DNA from: Planctomycetota bacterium
GTDB taxonomy: Bacteria; Planctomycetota; UBA8108; SXIK01
Direction: 5' to 3'
Length of the DNA stretch: 64,000 nt
Assembly: GCA_965223265.1 (NCBI GenBank)
Contig: OZ244999.1
Span: 8,448,001 to 8,512,000 of the forward strand
The position numbers were made by a program, and so were the translations under genes. Position 1 is the stretch's first letter. Each line of letters starts with the position of its first letter. Shown here in pieces: positions 9,109-19,471 of the stretch. The notes beneath the pieces were generated by a model. That model worked only from the letters and a program-made list of their open reading frames with translations. It searched no databases and was not told the DNA's origin.

Positions 9109-10494
9109 TCAGAGCGCCCAACCCTGTCGGTACGGTGGCGCGACGAACGCGTTCGCAGCACTCAGGTTGGTGAACTGCATCCTGTCGTGGTCCCAGCGGA
9201 GTTCTCGGCCCGGGAAGCGGATGGCGATAGCTCCGAGAAGCGCGACTTCGGTGAGTGGGCCGCCGTACGCGAAGTCGGACCCCGCTTTGCGGCCGGTTCG
9301 AATCGCCTCGAGCCAGTCCCAGTGGTGGCCCTCGACGCGCGGGATCTTCTTCTCCGGCTGCTGATACTCCTTCATCTTCGCCTCAGGGATGATCGCGCAG
9401 CCGCCAGCGCCGTGCGAGCCGTGCATGATCGCACCGTCCTCGCCGTAAACAACGGCGCCAACGCCGGGCAGTTTGCGATCCGGCTCCAACTCCTTCGGGC
9501 GCGGCGGTCGTTCGCTGCCGTCGAACCAAACGAGTTTGACCGGACCACGCTTGCCCTTGGCGGGGAAGTGGTACGTGACTTTGGTGCCGCGCGGGTAGAC
9601 GTCCGCATGCTCCTTTGGGTCGTAGCCCTTCACTTCAGCATGCACCGACGTCGGCGCACCCAAATCGAGCGCCCAGAACGACGGATCAATCACGTGGCAG
9701 AACCAATCGCCGATGCATCCCGTACCGAACGGCATCCAGCCGCGCCAGTTCCACGGCACCCACAGCGGGCTGTAGGGCCTGAACTGCGCCGGCCCGAGCC
9801 AAAGGTCGTAATCGAGACCTTCTGGGACCTCTTTCTTCTCCTTCAGCTGCGGCAGTTTGTCGATCTGGCAGTAGACCTCACGAAACGCGTCACAGCAGGC
9901 GTGAATCTCGGTGACGTTTCCAATGGCACCATCCCAGATCCACTCGCAGAAGTTTCGGATATGGTCGGAGGAGTGCCCTTGGTTGCCTAGTTGTGTGACG
10001 ACGTCGTGCTTTCGCGCCGCCGCCGCCATGGCACGGACTTCGTGCACCGAGTGCGCCAGCGGCTTTTCGCAGTAGACGTGTTTGCCACGACCGATGGCGT
10101 CGAGGACGGCAACGGCGTGCGTATGGTCCGGTGTGCCGACCGTGACCGCGTCGATGCCCTTGTCGAGCTTGTCGAGCATGTCTCGAAAGTCTCGAAAACG
10201 TTTCGCCTTCGGAAACTGCTCGTACGTTTTCGCCGCGCGTGTGTCGTCGACATCGCAGAGGCCGACGATGTTGTGTTCCTTGCACGCTCTCACGCTCGCG
10301 CCGCCGCGACCGCCAACGCCGATGCACGCGACATTGAGTTTGTCGCTTGGAGCCAAGCGCGCTGGACCGCCGAGCACTGACGCGGGGGCGATCTGGAAAG
10401 CGAACGGCAGTGCCGCAGCGCCGGTCGCGGTGCGCCGCAGGAAACGCCGGCGACTGATCTGACGATTGGATGGAGCAGAGGCTGCGTGGGACAT
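9109..10494 (-). CDS. Tat-exported Gfo/Idh/MocA oxidoreductase
   Basis: SRRRFL Tat motif, IGVGGRG, TPDHTH, YCEKPL, DYDLWLGP. Confidence 0.94.
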   Translation of the reverse strand: MSHAASAPSNRQISRRRFLRRTATGAAALPFAFQIAPASVLGGPARLAPSDKLNVACIGVGGRGGASVRACKEHNIVGLCDVDDTRAAKTYEQFPKAKRFRDFRDMLDKLDKGIDAVTVGTPDHTHAVAVLDAIGRGKHVYCEKPLAHSVHEVRAMAAAARKHDVVTQLGNQGHSSDHIRNFCEWIWDGAIGNVTEIHACCDAFREVYCQIDKLPQLKEKKEVPEGLDYDLWLGPAQFRPYSPLWVPWNWRGWMPFGTGCIGDWFCHVIDPSFWALDLGAPTSVHAEVKGYDPKEHADVYPRGTKVTYHFPAKGKRGPVKLVWFDGSERPPRPKELEPDRKLPGVGAVVYGEDGAIMHGSHGAGGCAIIPEAKMKEYQQPEKKIPRVEGHHWDWLEAIRTGRKAGSDFAYGGPLTEVALLGAIAIRFPGRELRWDHDRMQFTNLSAANAFVAPPYRQGWAL

Positions 10495-10813
10495 GAGCTT
10501 CTCCGAGGTTTCAGTTTCATGCTAGCGGTCGACACGGCGTCGCGTCTGCCGGCGCCAAGAGTGCGACAACGTGGGGAACGCGGCATTCGCAGCTCGCGCG
10601 ACTTTTCGATGGATTGTATCCGTTTCTGCAGTGATACCCAGGTGATTTCGCGTCGCCGACGGCCTCGAGACTGGCGGACGCGCGCGGGTGTTGGTTATCT
10701 TGAGAGACTTTGGGTCGTTCGTTCCCGTTTGGGACCGCTTGAGCGCCACAGGGCGCCAGTGCCGGCCTTTCTTTTCTATTGGTAGTTCTTAGTTTGGCGC
10801 CTTGGAGTCTCGA

Positions 10814-12079
10814 ATGAAGACGCTTCTCTCCTTCCTCATTGTCAGCTCATGCGCGATACCGCTCAGGTCGGCGGACAGCTGGGTCGATTTTCGTGGCCCG
10901 ACGACTCAGGGACATGTCGACGTTGACGGCTTGCCACTCGAGTGGAGCGAGTCAAAGCATGTGGCATGGAAGAGCGCGATCCCCGGGCGCGGCTGGTCGA
11001 CGCCGATTATCTGGGGCGAACAAATCTGGGTGACGACCGCTGTTGGCGGTGAGGGTGAGGCTCAGTCGCTCCGAGCCCTTTGTATCCACCGTGCGAGTGG
11101 GGCCGTGCTCCATGACGTCGAAGTCTTCAAGGTGGGGAAGCCTGATTCGATCCACTCGCTGAACAGCTACGCTTCACCGTCGCCAACAATCGAGGCGGGT
11201 CGCGTCTACATCCACTTCGGTACCTACGGCACCGCATGCCTGGCGACGACGAACGCTGAGGAGTTTTGGCGTCGCGATGACCTGAAGCTGTCACACCAAG
11301 TCGGTCCGGGGTCGTCGCCGGTCCTTGTGGGGAACCTCCTCATCGTCAACATGGACGGCACGGACCTTCGGTATGTTGTCGCGCTTGACAAGCGGACCGG
11401 GGACACCGTCTGGAGAACCGATCGGTCGAATGATGTCAGCGCGCGCCCTACAGACACGCACAAGGCGTTCTCGACTCCCATCGTCGTGCAAGTCGACGGT
11501 AAGCCGCAGCTGATCAGCTCGGGCGCGCACGCGGTCATGGGGTACGAGCCGACCACCGGGCGGGAGATCTGGCGTGTTCAGTACGATGGCTTTTCCAACG
11601 TTTCGCGGCCGGTGACCGCCGATGGCTTCGTCTTCATCAATACGGGATACATGAAGCCGCAGCTGCTAGCCATTCGCCTTGGCGGTCGCGGCGACGTCAC
11701 GGAATCTCACGTCGAGTGGACAGCGAAGCGTGGAATCCCGGCGAAGCCATCGCCCATTCTTCTCGACGGCGTCATCTACCTCGTCGAGGACAAAGGAATC
11801 GCGGTCGCTCTCGACGCCGCGACCGGGAAGCAGGTTTGGATGGAGCGCCTCGGCGGTCAGTTCTCTGCGTCGCTCCTCTACGCTGGGGGCCATCTCTACT
11901 TCTGCGATCAGGAGGGCAAGACGACGGTCGTCAAACCGGGACGTACGTTCGATGTCCGTGCGGTCAACCAGCTCGACTCCGGTCTGATGGCGTCGCCGGC
12001 GGTTGCGGGCAAAGCACTCTTCCTGCGCACCGAGACGCACCTTTATCGGATCGAGAAACGAACCGTCGCGTCTGACTAA
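10814..12079 (+). CDS. PQQ-binding-like (BamB-type) beta-propeller, secreted
   Basis: Signal peptide, WVDFRGP, PGRGWSTP, NSYASPSP, MASPAVAGKALFLRT. Confidence 0.92.
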   Translation: MKTLLSFLIVSSCAIPLRSADSWVDFRGPTTQGHVDVDGLPLEWSESKHVAWKSAIPGRGWSTPIIWGEQIWVTTAVGGEGEAQSLRALCIHRASGAVLHDVEVFKVGKPDSIHSLNSYASPSPTIEAGRVYIHFGTYGTACLATTNAEEFWRRDDLKLSHQVGPGSSPVLVGNLLIVNMDGTDLRYVVALDKRTGDTVWRTDRSNDVSARPTDTHKAFSTPIVVQVDGKPQLISSGAHAVMGYEPTTGREIWRVQYDGFSNVSRPVTADGFVFINTGYMKPQLLAIRLGGRGDVTESHVEWTAKRGIPAKPSPILLDGVIYLVEDKGIAVALDAATGKQVWMERLGGQFSASLLYAGGHLYFCDQEGKTTVVKPGRTFDVRAVNQLDSGLMASPAVAGKALFLRTETHLYRIEKRTVASD

Positions 12080-12139
12080 GGAATCGGTCGCTCGCCGGGC
12101 GACCATGGGAAGCAGCGATCCCATTCAGGTATACTTGGA

Positions 12140-15001
12140 TTGTTTGAAGTCATGCTCGTTCGATGCTCTCACCAACCTTCGCTCACACGCCAAGTGCTCG
12201 CCAAATTGACGACTTCTCAGCCGTTCGTTCGCCGGATCGATCTTTCTTTGGCGGCTCTGCTCGCGCTCAGCCTTGCTCTGAGCGCGTTGTCCGCGACAGT
12301 CGTGGCGCACGGCGCCGAGGCGACGCAGCAGCACTGGGCGTTCCAAGCTCCGGTGCGTCCACCGTTGCCGCCTGTGCGTCAGCAGCGCTGGGTACGGAAT
12401 CCGATTGATACGTTTGTCTTAGCTCGACTCGAGGCGCAGCGAATGGAGCCGGCGCCGCAAGCCGACCGCGTCACACTTCTGCGTCGACTCAGTCTCGACC
12501 TGACGGGATTACCGCCCACGATCGACGCGGTCGATGCGTTTCTCGGGTCTGACTCGGTGGCGTCTTACGATGCGGCGGTGGAGCGCCTTCTCTCTTCGGC
12601 GCACTATGGTGAACGATGGGGACGTCACTGGCTTGACGCGGCGCGGTATGCCGACTCCGACGGCTTTGAGAAAGACAGACCGCGATTCGTTTGGTTTTAT
12701 CGCGACTGGGTTGTCGACGCGTTCAATCGTGATCTTCCTTACGACCGTTTCATCATCGAACAAGTCGCCGGAGATCTGTTGCCGAATGCGACACAGCGTG
12801 AGCGCGTCGCGACAGGTTTTCTGCGCAACTCTATGAACAATGAAGAGGGTGGGACGGACCCTGAGCAGTTCCGGATGGAGGCGCTCTTCGACCGCGTTGA
12901 TGCCATCGGTAAGAGCATCCTCGGCCTCACGATCCAGTGCGGACAGTGCCATGACCACAAGTACGATCCACTGACACAAGAAGACTACTACCGTCTTTTC
13001 GCTTACCTCAACGGCGATCACGAAGCCAACATCGTCGTCTACACGCCAGAGGAGGAGGCGCAGCGTCAGAGTATCTTCAGACGTGTCGACGCCATCGAGA
13101 ATGGTCTACGCGAGCGCCACCCTAAGTGGCGTCAACGCATGGCCGAGTGGGAGGCTCAGGCGCAGGTTGATTCGACTGAGTGGGTGGTGGTCCACCCGAA
13201 GATCGTCGAGGTGTCTTCGGGTGGACAAAGATTCTTGCCACAGGAGGACGGTTCGCTTCTAGCGCAGGGCTACTCGCCCGTGAAGAATCAGCCGGAGTTC
13301 ATCGTCACGACAGACGTCGAGAACATAGCGGCGATCCGTTTCGAACTTTTCACCCACCCGAACTTGCCGCTCAGTGGGCCAGGTCGATCGATCTACGGAA
13401 CAGCAGCGTTGAGTGAATTCCAGGTCGAAGCGGCACCGCTCAGCGCGCCCGATCGTGGCGTCAAAGTCGAGTGGGCGGGCGCCACTTCCGACCTCGAGTT
13501 GCCCGAGGCGCCGCTCGACGCGCTTTTCGACAACCGAACGGACGTTCGCCGTGTTACCGGACCGCCGCGATACGCGATCGACGGCAAAGTGGAGACGGCC
13601 TGGGGTACCGACGCCGGCCCGGGTCGCCGCAATGAGGCGCGGCAGGCAGTCTTCAAGCTCAAGAGCCCGATGGCGCATCAAGGCGGCTCGAGGCTGCGCA
13701 TCGTTCTCCTGCACCGCCATGGCGGTTGGAACAACAACGACAACCAGAATCACAACGTTGGTCGATTTCGCATCTCCGTCACTTCAGACGTCGACGCTAC
13801 AGCTGACCCCTTGCCACGTCGCGTGCGGCAGATACTGGGGCGACCAGCCGCCACTCGATCGGCGGCCGAAGAGGCTGCGGTCTTCAGCTATTGGCGTACG
13901 ACCGTGCCGCAGTGGCGCGCGGAGAACGAGAGAATCGAGGAGCTGTGGAAGCAACACCCCGAGGGCACGTCGCAGCTCGTCCTACAGGCGCGAGATCGTC
14001 CACGACCAACCAGTGTTCTGGAGCGCGGCGACTTTCTCAAGCCGACGCGCCTTGTGTCGGCGGGCACGCCGTCGTTTTTGCATACGCTCGACAACGACGC
14101 ACCTCCGAGTCGTTTGACGTTCGCCAAATGGCTCGTCGATCGACGGGCGCCGACGACGGCTCGGAGTTTCGTCAATCGCGTCTGGCAAACTTACTTCGGC
14201 CGTGGTCTGGTGGCGACAAGCGAGGACCTCGGGACACAATCGGAGTCGCCGACGCATCCGGACCTGCTCGATTGGCTGGCGGTTGAGTTCATGGAGAGTG
14301 GGTGGAGCATCAAACGTCTTCATCGCCTCATCGTCACGTCAGCGACTTATCGCCAGTCGTCACGTGTGACGCCTGAACTGCACGAGCGCGACCCTGACAA
14401 CCGCTGGCTTGGGCGTGGCGCACGGCTTCGCGTAGAAGGTGAAGTGGTCCGAGACATTGCGCTGGCGGCGAGCGGGCTTCTGAAGCGCAAGCTTGGCGGC
14501 CGCAGCGTGTATCCTCCTCTGCCGGAGTTTCTGCTCAAGCCTCCCGTCAGCTTCGGGACGAAGACGTGGCACGTTGAAACGGGTTCTGAGCGTTACCGAC
14601 GCGCGCTGTATACGTTTCGGTTTCGAAGTGTGCCTTATCCGATGTTGGAGACCTTCGATGCACCAAACGGCGACGCGTCGTGTGTCCGCCGGACGCGTTC
14701 GAACACTCCACTTCAAGCGCTGACGACGCTCAACGAGCCGCTGTTTTTGGAGTGTGCGCGTGCGCTGGCGCAGCGAGCGCTGGAGGCGGAGGCAGAAGAC
14801 GATGCGGCGCGGGTGACGTTCGCTTTTAGGACGTGTGTGAGTCGGCATCCGACCGCCGCGGAGAAGGGCGTGCTGCTCGATTTGCTGGCGGCTGAACACG
14901 CCGAGCGGCAACCATCCGACGCGTCCGCCGTGGAGCTCGCCGCTTGGACCGCGGTCGCGCGCGTTATCCTCAACCTTGACGAGACGATCACCAAAGAATG
15001 A
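12140..15001 (+). CDS. PSD1/DUF1549-DUF1553 planctomycete protein (start uncertain)
   Basis: [68 protein letters not shown]. Confidence 0.94.
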   Translation: MFEVMLVRCSHQPSLTRQVLAKLTTSQPFVRRIDLSLAALLALSLALSALSATVVAHGAEATQQHWAFQAPVRPPLPPVRQQRWVRNPIDTFVLARLEAQRMEPAPQADRVTLLRRLSLDLTGLPPTIDAVDAFLGSDSVASYDAAVERLLSSAHYGERWGRHWLDAARYADSDGFEKDRPRFVWFYRDWVVDAFNRDLPYDRFIIEQVAGDLLPNATQRERVATGFLRNSMNNEEGGTDPEQFRMEALFDRVDAIGKSILGLTIQCGQCHDHKYDPLTQEDYYRLFAYLNGDHEANIVVYTPEEEAQRQSIFRRVDAIENGLRERHPKWRQRMAEWEAQAQVDSTEWVVVHPKIVEVSSGGQRFLPQEDGSLLAQGYSPVKNQPEFIVTTDVENIAAIRFELFTHPNLPLSGPGRSIYGTAALSEFQVEAAPLSAPDRGVKVEWAGATSDLELPEAPLDALFDNRTDVRRVTGPPRYAIDGKVETAWGTDAGPGRRNEARQAVFKLKSPMAHQGGSRLRIVLLHRHGGWNNNDNQNHNVGRFRISVTSDVDATADPLPRRVRQILGRPAATRSAAEEAAVFSYWRTTVPQWRAENERIEELWKQHPEGTSQLVLQARDRPRPTSVLERGDFLKPTRLVSAGTPSFLHTLDNDAPPSRLTFAKWLVDRRAPTTARSFVNRVWQTYFGRGLVATSEDLGTQSESPTHPDLLDWLAVEFMESGWSIKRLHRLIVTSATYRQSSRVTPELHERDPDNRWLGRGARLRVEGEVVRDIALAASGLLKRKLGGRSVYPPLPEFLLKPPVSFGTKTWHVETGSERYRRALYTFRFRSVPYPMLETFDAPNGDASCVRRTRSNTPLQALTTLNEPLFLECARALAQRALEAEAEDDAARVTFAFRTCVSRHPTAAEKGVLLDLLAAEHAERQPSDASAVELAAWTAVARVILNLDETITKE

Positions 15002-16452
15002 TTCCTCCGAAGTCATCACTTTGTTCCAGTTCCATCGCCGTGGATCCACAGGCACGCTCGCGTCGCTGGTTTCTCCAAGAGTGTGGCGTCGGTCTTGGAG
15101 CGATCGCGCTCGGGCAACTGATGGCGCGGACCGCGGCAGCTGCTCCGCCGTCGAGACTCGCCGCTGTGGACCCGCTCGCAGCGCGTGAGCCACCGCAGCC
15201 GGCGAAAGCAAAGCACGTTATCTTTCTGTTCATGGCCGGAGCGCCGAGTCACCTCGATCTCTTCGACTACAAACCGCAGCTGGAACGATTCGATGGAAGG
15301 CCGCCGCCGCGCGAACTCGTCGACGGCTATCGCGCCGCGTTTATCAATCCAAACGCGAATCTTCTCGGTCCGAAGTTCCCCTTTGCGCGCTACGGCGAGT
15401 CGGGCGCTGAGCTGTCGAGTCTGCTGCCACACCTCAGCGACGTCGTCGATGATGTCGCCATCGTGAAGAGCATGGCGACCGACGCATTCAACCATGCTCC
15501 AGCGCAGATTTTCATGAACACCGGGGCGCAGCAGTTCGGCCGCCCGAGCATGGGGTCTTGGGTGACGTATGGTCTCGGCAGCGACGCCGACGATCTGCCG
15601 GCTTTCGTCGTCTTCAGCTCTGGGCTCAAGGGACCGAGTGGCGGCAACTCGTGTTGGGGCAGCGGTTTTTTGCCGACGGTGTATCAGGGTGTGCCGTTTC
15701 GCTCGAGTGGCGACCCGGTTCTCTACCTGTCCACTCCCGAGGGCATCTCTGCGGCGACGCAAGCGAGGTCGTTCGGCGCGATCCAGCGTTTGAATCGTTT
15801 GCGCTTCGACGCCGTCGGCGACGCGGAGATCGTCACCCGCATTCGATCCTTCGAGATGGCCCATCGCATGCAGACGAGCGCCCCGGAGTTGATGGATTTG
15901 GCGAGCGAGTCACCGGAGACGCTGGCGATGTACGGTGCGGAGCCAGGGAAAGCTTCGTATGCGAACAATTGCCTACTGGCACGTCGTCTTGTCGAGCGAG
16001 GCGTCCGGTTTGTGCAGCTGTTTCACGAGGCGTGGGATCAGCACAGCAATCTTGTCGGCGGCCTGAAGAGAAACTGCAGCGCTACGGACCGCGCCAGTGC
16101 AGCATTGATCAAGGACCTGAAGCAGCGTGGGCTGCTCGACGAGACGATCGTTGTCTGGGGGGGCGAGTTCGGTCGCACGCCCATGGTCCAAGGGGGTAGT
16201 GACGGCCGTGATCACCACCCCCGCGCGTTCACGATGTGGCTCGCGGGTGGTGGGATTCGCGGCGGCATGACGCTCGGCGAGACGGACGACTTCGGTTTCA
16301 ACGTCGTCGACGATCGTGTTCACGTCCACGACCTCCATGCCACGCTCCTGCACCTCCTCGGCTTTGACCACACCGAGCTGACGTTTCGGTTTCAGGGGCG
16401 TGACTTTCGCCTCACTGATGTCCATGGCGAGGTCGTCGAGCAGCTGCTGTGA
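14998..16452 (+). CDS. DUF1501 family protein (Tat signal)
   Basis: SRRWFL, LFMAGAPSHLDLFD, WGGEFGRTP, RDFRLTDVHG; ATGA overlap with PSD1 gene. Confidence 0.94.
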   Translation: MIPPKSSLCSSSIAVDPQARSRRWFLQECGVGLGAIALGQLMARTAAAAPPSRLAAVDPLAAREPPQPAKAKHVIFLFMAGAPSHLDLFDYKPQLERFDGRPPPRELVDGYRAAFINPNANLLGPKFPFARYGESGAELSSLLPHLSDVVDDVAIVKSMATDAFNHAPAQIFMNTGAQQFGRPSMGSWVTYGLGSDADDLPAFVVFSSGLKGPSGGNSCWGSGFLPTVYQGVPFRSSGDPVLYLSTPEGISAATQARSFGAIQRLNRLRFDAVGDAEIVTRIRSFEMAHRMQTSAPELMDLASESPETLAMYGAEPGKASYANNCLLARRLVERGVRFVQLFHEAWDQHSNLVGGLKRNCSATDRASAALIKDLKQRGLLDETIVVWGGEFGRTPMVQGGSDGRDHHPRAFTMWLAGGGIRGGMTLGETDDFGFNVVDDRVHVHDLHATLLHLLGFDHTELTFRFQGRDFRLTDVHGEVVEQLL

Positions 16453-16501
16453 GGGCGCAGCGGCGTAGTGGGTCCTTCCCCGATCTTTCGGAAGTTCAAA
16501 T

Positions 16502-16527
16502 GCCGATCGGTGTCGACATCGGTCGGT
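16502..16527. promoter_or_regulatory. Imperfect palindrome: terminator or upstream activator site
   Basis: CCGATCGGTGTCGACATCGGTCGG dyad, ~50 nt after the DUF1501 stop and ~120 nt before the sigma-54-type promoter. Confidence 0.4.
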
Positions 16528-16647
16528 GAACAGCCGAAGCTCGGGGGTCATGTGGGCGGCTGGGAATCGACTTTATGAAGCCGCCGATGGTCGTAAACCA
16601 AAGTTTCGTAGGTTGTTGTGCGCTTCAGGATGAGGCAGCCTGGATCG

Positions 16648-16663
16648 TGGAACGGCTCTTGCT
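16648..16663 (+). promoter_or_regulatory. Sigma-54 (-24/-12) type promoter
   Basis: TGGAACGGCTCTTGCT: GG-N10-GC, close to consensus TGGCACG-N4-TTGCW, 80 nt before the deiminase. Confidence 0.65.
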
Positions 16664-16743
16664 TTCGTTGAACTCGTCGGCGTCGTTATCCGCCATGGTG
16701 CGGCGACGCTCGCGAGTTCTGAGGAAGCTGGAGCTGGCCGGGG

Positions 16744-18165
16744 TTGAAAGAACGGCTCGGAATTCTCGTTGGTGTCTTTGCGGCGCTTTTTTCGTGCACG
16801 GAGCCGTTTTCACTCGGCTCAACACGCATGGCGCCCGGGATCCGCAGCGCGGCTGGGGGAGGGGCGCCGGCTCGCGAATTGGCGATTGGAGCGGCATCTT
16901 CACCTGCAGCTAGCGGCGACGTGGGCCTGAGTGACCTTGATCTCGGGATCCGCGTAAGCGTCGAGGGCAGCCCCGTAGATGCCGAGTCGAGCGGTGGCGT
17001 CGAGCCCGCGACCATCGCACCCGTTGCCGGCTTTGAGGAAGCGGCGGCAGACTCGAACGACGTGCGTCCCGCCGCCAGCGACGGGTTCTTCGTCGACGCT
17101 AGCATCGCTGCGGAGTTTTCTCATCAGGCCGCGATACTCCTCAGTTCAGGGGAATTCGCCGGCACGGCGCCTACCGTTTTCGTGGATGTCGTCACCGCGC
17201 TTTGCAGTCGGGTCCACCTCGTCTTTCTTGTCAACGGTGAGGCGGATTATGAACTCGTGAATCAACTCCTCAGCGCGCGCGACCTTGATCCCGACGCCTT
17301 TACGTTCTTCGACGTAGCTCACGACACGATGTGGGTTCGCGACTACGGTCCGTTCGTGCGCCAGACCGTAGACGGCTCCGCTGCTATCTTTGACTCGGCC
17401 TACACGGACGACGAGCGGGAGAACGACGACGAAGTGCCGGCGACGTTGGCGTCGCTTCTCGGCATGCATCTGGTGCGTGTGGCCCTCGAGCTCGACGGTG
17501 GCAACTTGATCGTCAATGGCCAGGGGCTTTGTGTGTCAACCACGAAGGTGTTTAGCGAAAACTCTGCCCCGGGGTCAGAGGTGAAGCGCCTGATGCGCTC
17601 CTATTTCGGTTGCACCGAGATAGTTTTTCTCGAGCCACTCGCAGGCGAGGACACGGGACACGTCGACATGTTCGCCGTGTTGATCTCCGAGCGTGTCGTG
17701 GTTGTTGGCGAATACGACAGCGATGACGATCCGATCAATGCGGCAATCCTTGATGCCAACGCCGCACGACTATCGCGTGTGAAAGTGGACGGCAAGCCAC
17801 TACAAGTAGTGCGTTTACCGATGCCGAGACCTCCAGAGAGTTTTTGGGACGAAGACACGGAGGAAGACGAGGACGTCGAGCTTGAGGAGGTGGAAGACGA
17901 CGAGCTTGAAGAGGACGAGGTGTGGCCCACGTACACGAACGTGGTCTTCGCCAACGGACGACTCCTGGTCCCCGTCTATGGGAACGATCCGCCGGAGCGG
18001 CGAGCTCTGGTTCTGTCGACGTACGGTCGCTTGCTTCCCGGGTGGGAGATCGTTCCGATCGACGCTACCGAGCTCATTTCATCGGGGGGCGCTCTTCACT
18101 GCGTGACACGCCATCTACCAACGCTCGGTGCACTCAGGGTTGCGCCGGCATGCCCCAGAAAGTGA
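16744..18165 (+). CDS. Agmatine/peptidyl-arginine deiminase family, probable lipoprotein
   Basis: WVRDYGP, LDGGN, TGHVD, TYTN, GGALHC; lipobox-like LFSC after a hydrophobic stretch; TTG start. Confidence 0.88.
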   Translation: MKERLGILVGVFAALFSCTEPFSLGSTRMAPGIRSAAGGGAPARELAIGAASSPAASGDVGLSDLDLGIRVSVEGSPVDAESSGGVEPATIAPVAGFEEAAADSNDVRPAASDGFFVDASIAAEFSHQAAILLSSGEFAGTAPTVFVDVVTALCSRVHLVFLVNGEADYELVNQLLSARDLDPDAFTFFDVAHDTMWVRDYGPFVRQTVDGSAAIFDSAYTDDERENDDEVPATLASLLGMHLVRVALELDGGNLIVNGQGLCVSTTKVFSENSAPGSEVKRLMRSYFGCTEIVFLEPLAGEDTGHVDMFAVLISERVVVVGEYDSDDDPINAAILDANAARLSRVKVDGKPLQVVRLPMPRPPESFWDEDTEEDEDVELEEVEDDELEEDEVWPTYTNVVFANGRLLVPVYGNDPPERRALVLSTYGRLLPGWEIVPIDATELISSGGALHCVTRHLPTLGALRVAPACPRK

Positions 18166-18254
18166 CACCGCGAGTCGTCGTCGCACTTTCAGTTCCGCCG
18201 TGGGAGCCGCGTACTGAACGCGAGGTGACCGAGACGCATCGACCTCTGGTGTGC

Positions 18255-19255
18255 TCATTTCTTTCCGATGATCTCCAAATAATCTCGATAGGCCGCCTCG
18301 AGGTCGAGTTCGATTTCCGACGCAGTGGTATGGAGGAGGATTCCCCAGCGCAGCCGAAAGGGCTCGCCTCTCTTGATGACCGTACGGTTCTTCTTGAGCT
18401 TGGCGCGCTCGGCTGGCGGAAACGCGCTGCGAAAGTCGACCTGCGCGAAAGGATTCGCGACCAGAACGCCGTAGCCGCGGGCGTGGAAGCGGCTGACTCT
18501 GAAGTTGTCCGGGTGCGGCATGAGGCAGACGCCTGCGAACTTGCCGTCGACGATCCCGGCGTAGTCGCACCATCGCGCCGGTTCGCCGTAGGCGTTGTTG
18601 TAGCCACGCTCGTTCAGTTGCCATTCGCTGTTACGGATGCGTCCACCTTCTTTGGCGTTGACGTTCATCATCGCTTGAACGCGGATCGCCATTCCCATCT
18701 CCTGCTGATCGCCGAAGACGAGGTCCTGCGTGCCAGACTGAAACGTGCTGTCCCAGAGGATCAGCGTGCCGTGCGGTCGGGAGAGGAAGGTATAGCGCAC
18801 CGTCTCGGTGCAGTAGATTTCGCCGTCTCCATCGAGGCAAAGATTGAGGACAGCGAAGGTCCCTTTACCGGAGCCGCCTTTCGGTTTGTCGATGAACCCA
18901 GCATGAAGGACCGGCGACTTCATGCGCCAATGGTCGTTGCCGCTGATGTCACCGAACGCGTGATAGAGCCTGGATGAAGAGCGCCATGGTCGTGGTCAGC
19001 CTCGTACTTGGGAGGGTTGTGAATAGAAACCTGGTGCCCTCCGGGTGCGTGGACCTCCTTGAAAAACGGACGGGTCGTGCGCTCATCCCCGAATACGTAG
19101 CGCGCGAGTTTCTCTTCGCCTCGCATCACGACAAGTCCATCGTCGAGCGTCCGAAAGTAAATTTGCGGCGGCTCGCCGGCTTCAGTTGTGGGGCCGAGCG
19201 CTGGAGCAGCGACGTGCAGACCAATCGCGAGTGTGATGACAAACTGACGCCGCAT
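18255..19255 (-). pseudogene. DUF6807 / 'PmoA family' secreted protein split by a frameshift near 18969
   Basis: ATG 19255 with GGGAGG RBS, signal peptide, RPFF...DHGALHPG; the neighbouring frame continues LYHAFGDISGNDHWRMK...ARWCDY...FHARGYG..ANPF. Confidence 0.8.
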
Positions 19256-19471
19256 GGGTAGCCTCCCTGAGTGCTTCCTCGTTATCCTGTGCGTAGAAGT
19301 GGACTCTGGCGATTGTAGCCGTGAGATGTGCTCGAGCGGAACGATGGGGCGGCTTTTTCGACCGTGGCCCATCCCGATCTGTTGGCAAAAACCCCTTGTG
19401 AAGGCTTCGGCGAGTCGATGAATGATCTCATGACGAAACGATCTGCGCAGTTGCCGTTCGGTGTCATCTCG

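Noticed and set aside
8746-9990. 414-aa plus-strand ORF
   Set aside because: Antisense shadow of the Gfo/Idh/MocA gene, running across repeats
17922-18977. 351-aa plus-strand ORF
   Set aside because: Shadow of the DUF6807 gene and out-of-frame overlap with the deiminase
18255-19255. Methanotrophy from the 'PmoA family' label
   Set aside because: Soluble secreted DUF6807-type protein with no pMMO membrane topology and no pmoB/pmoC
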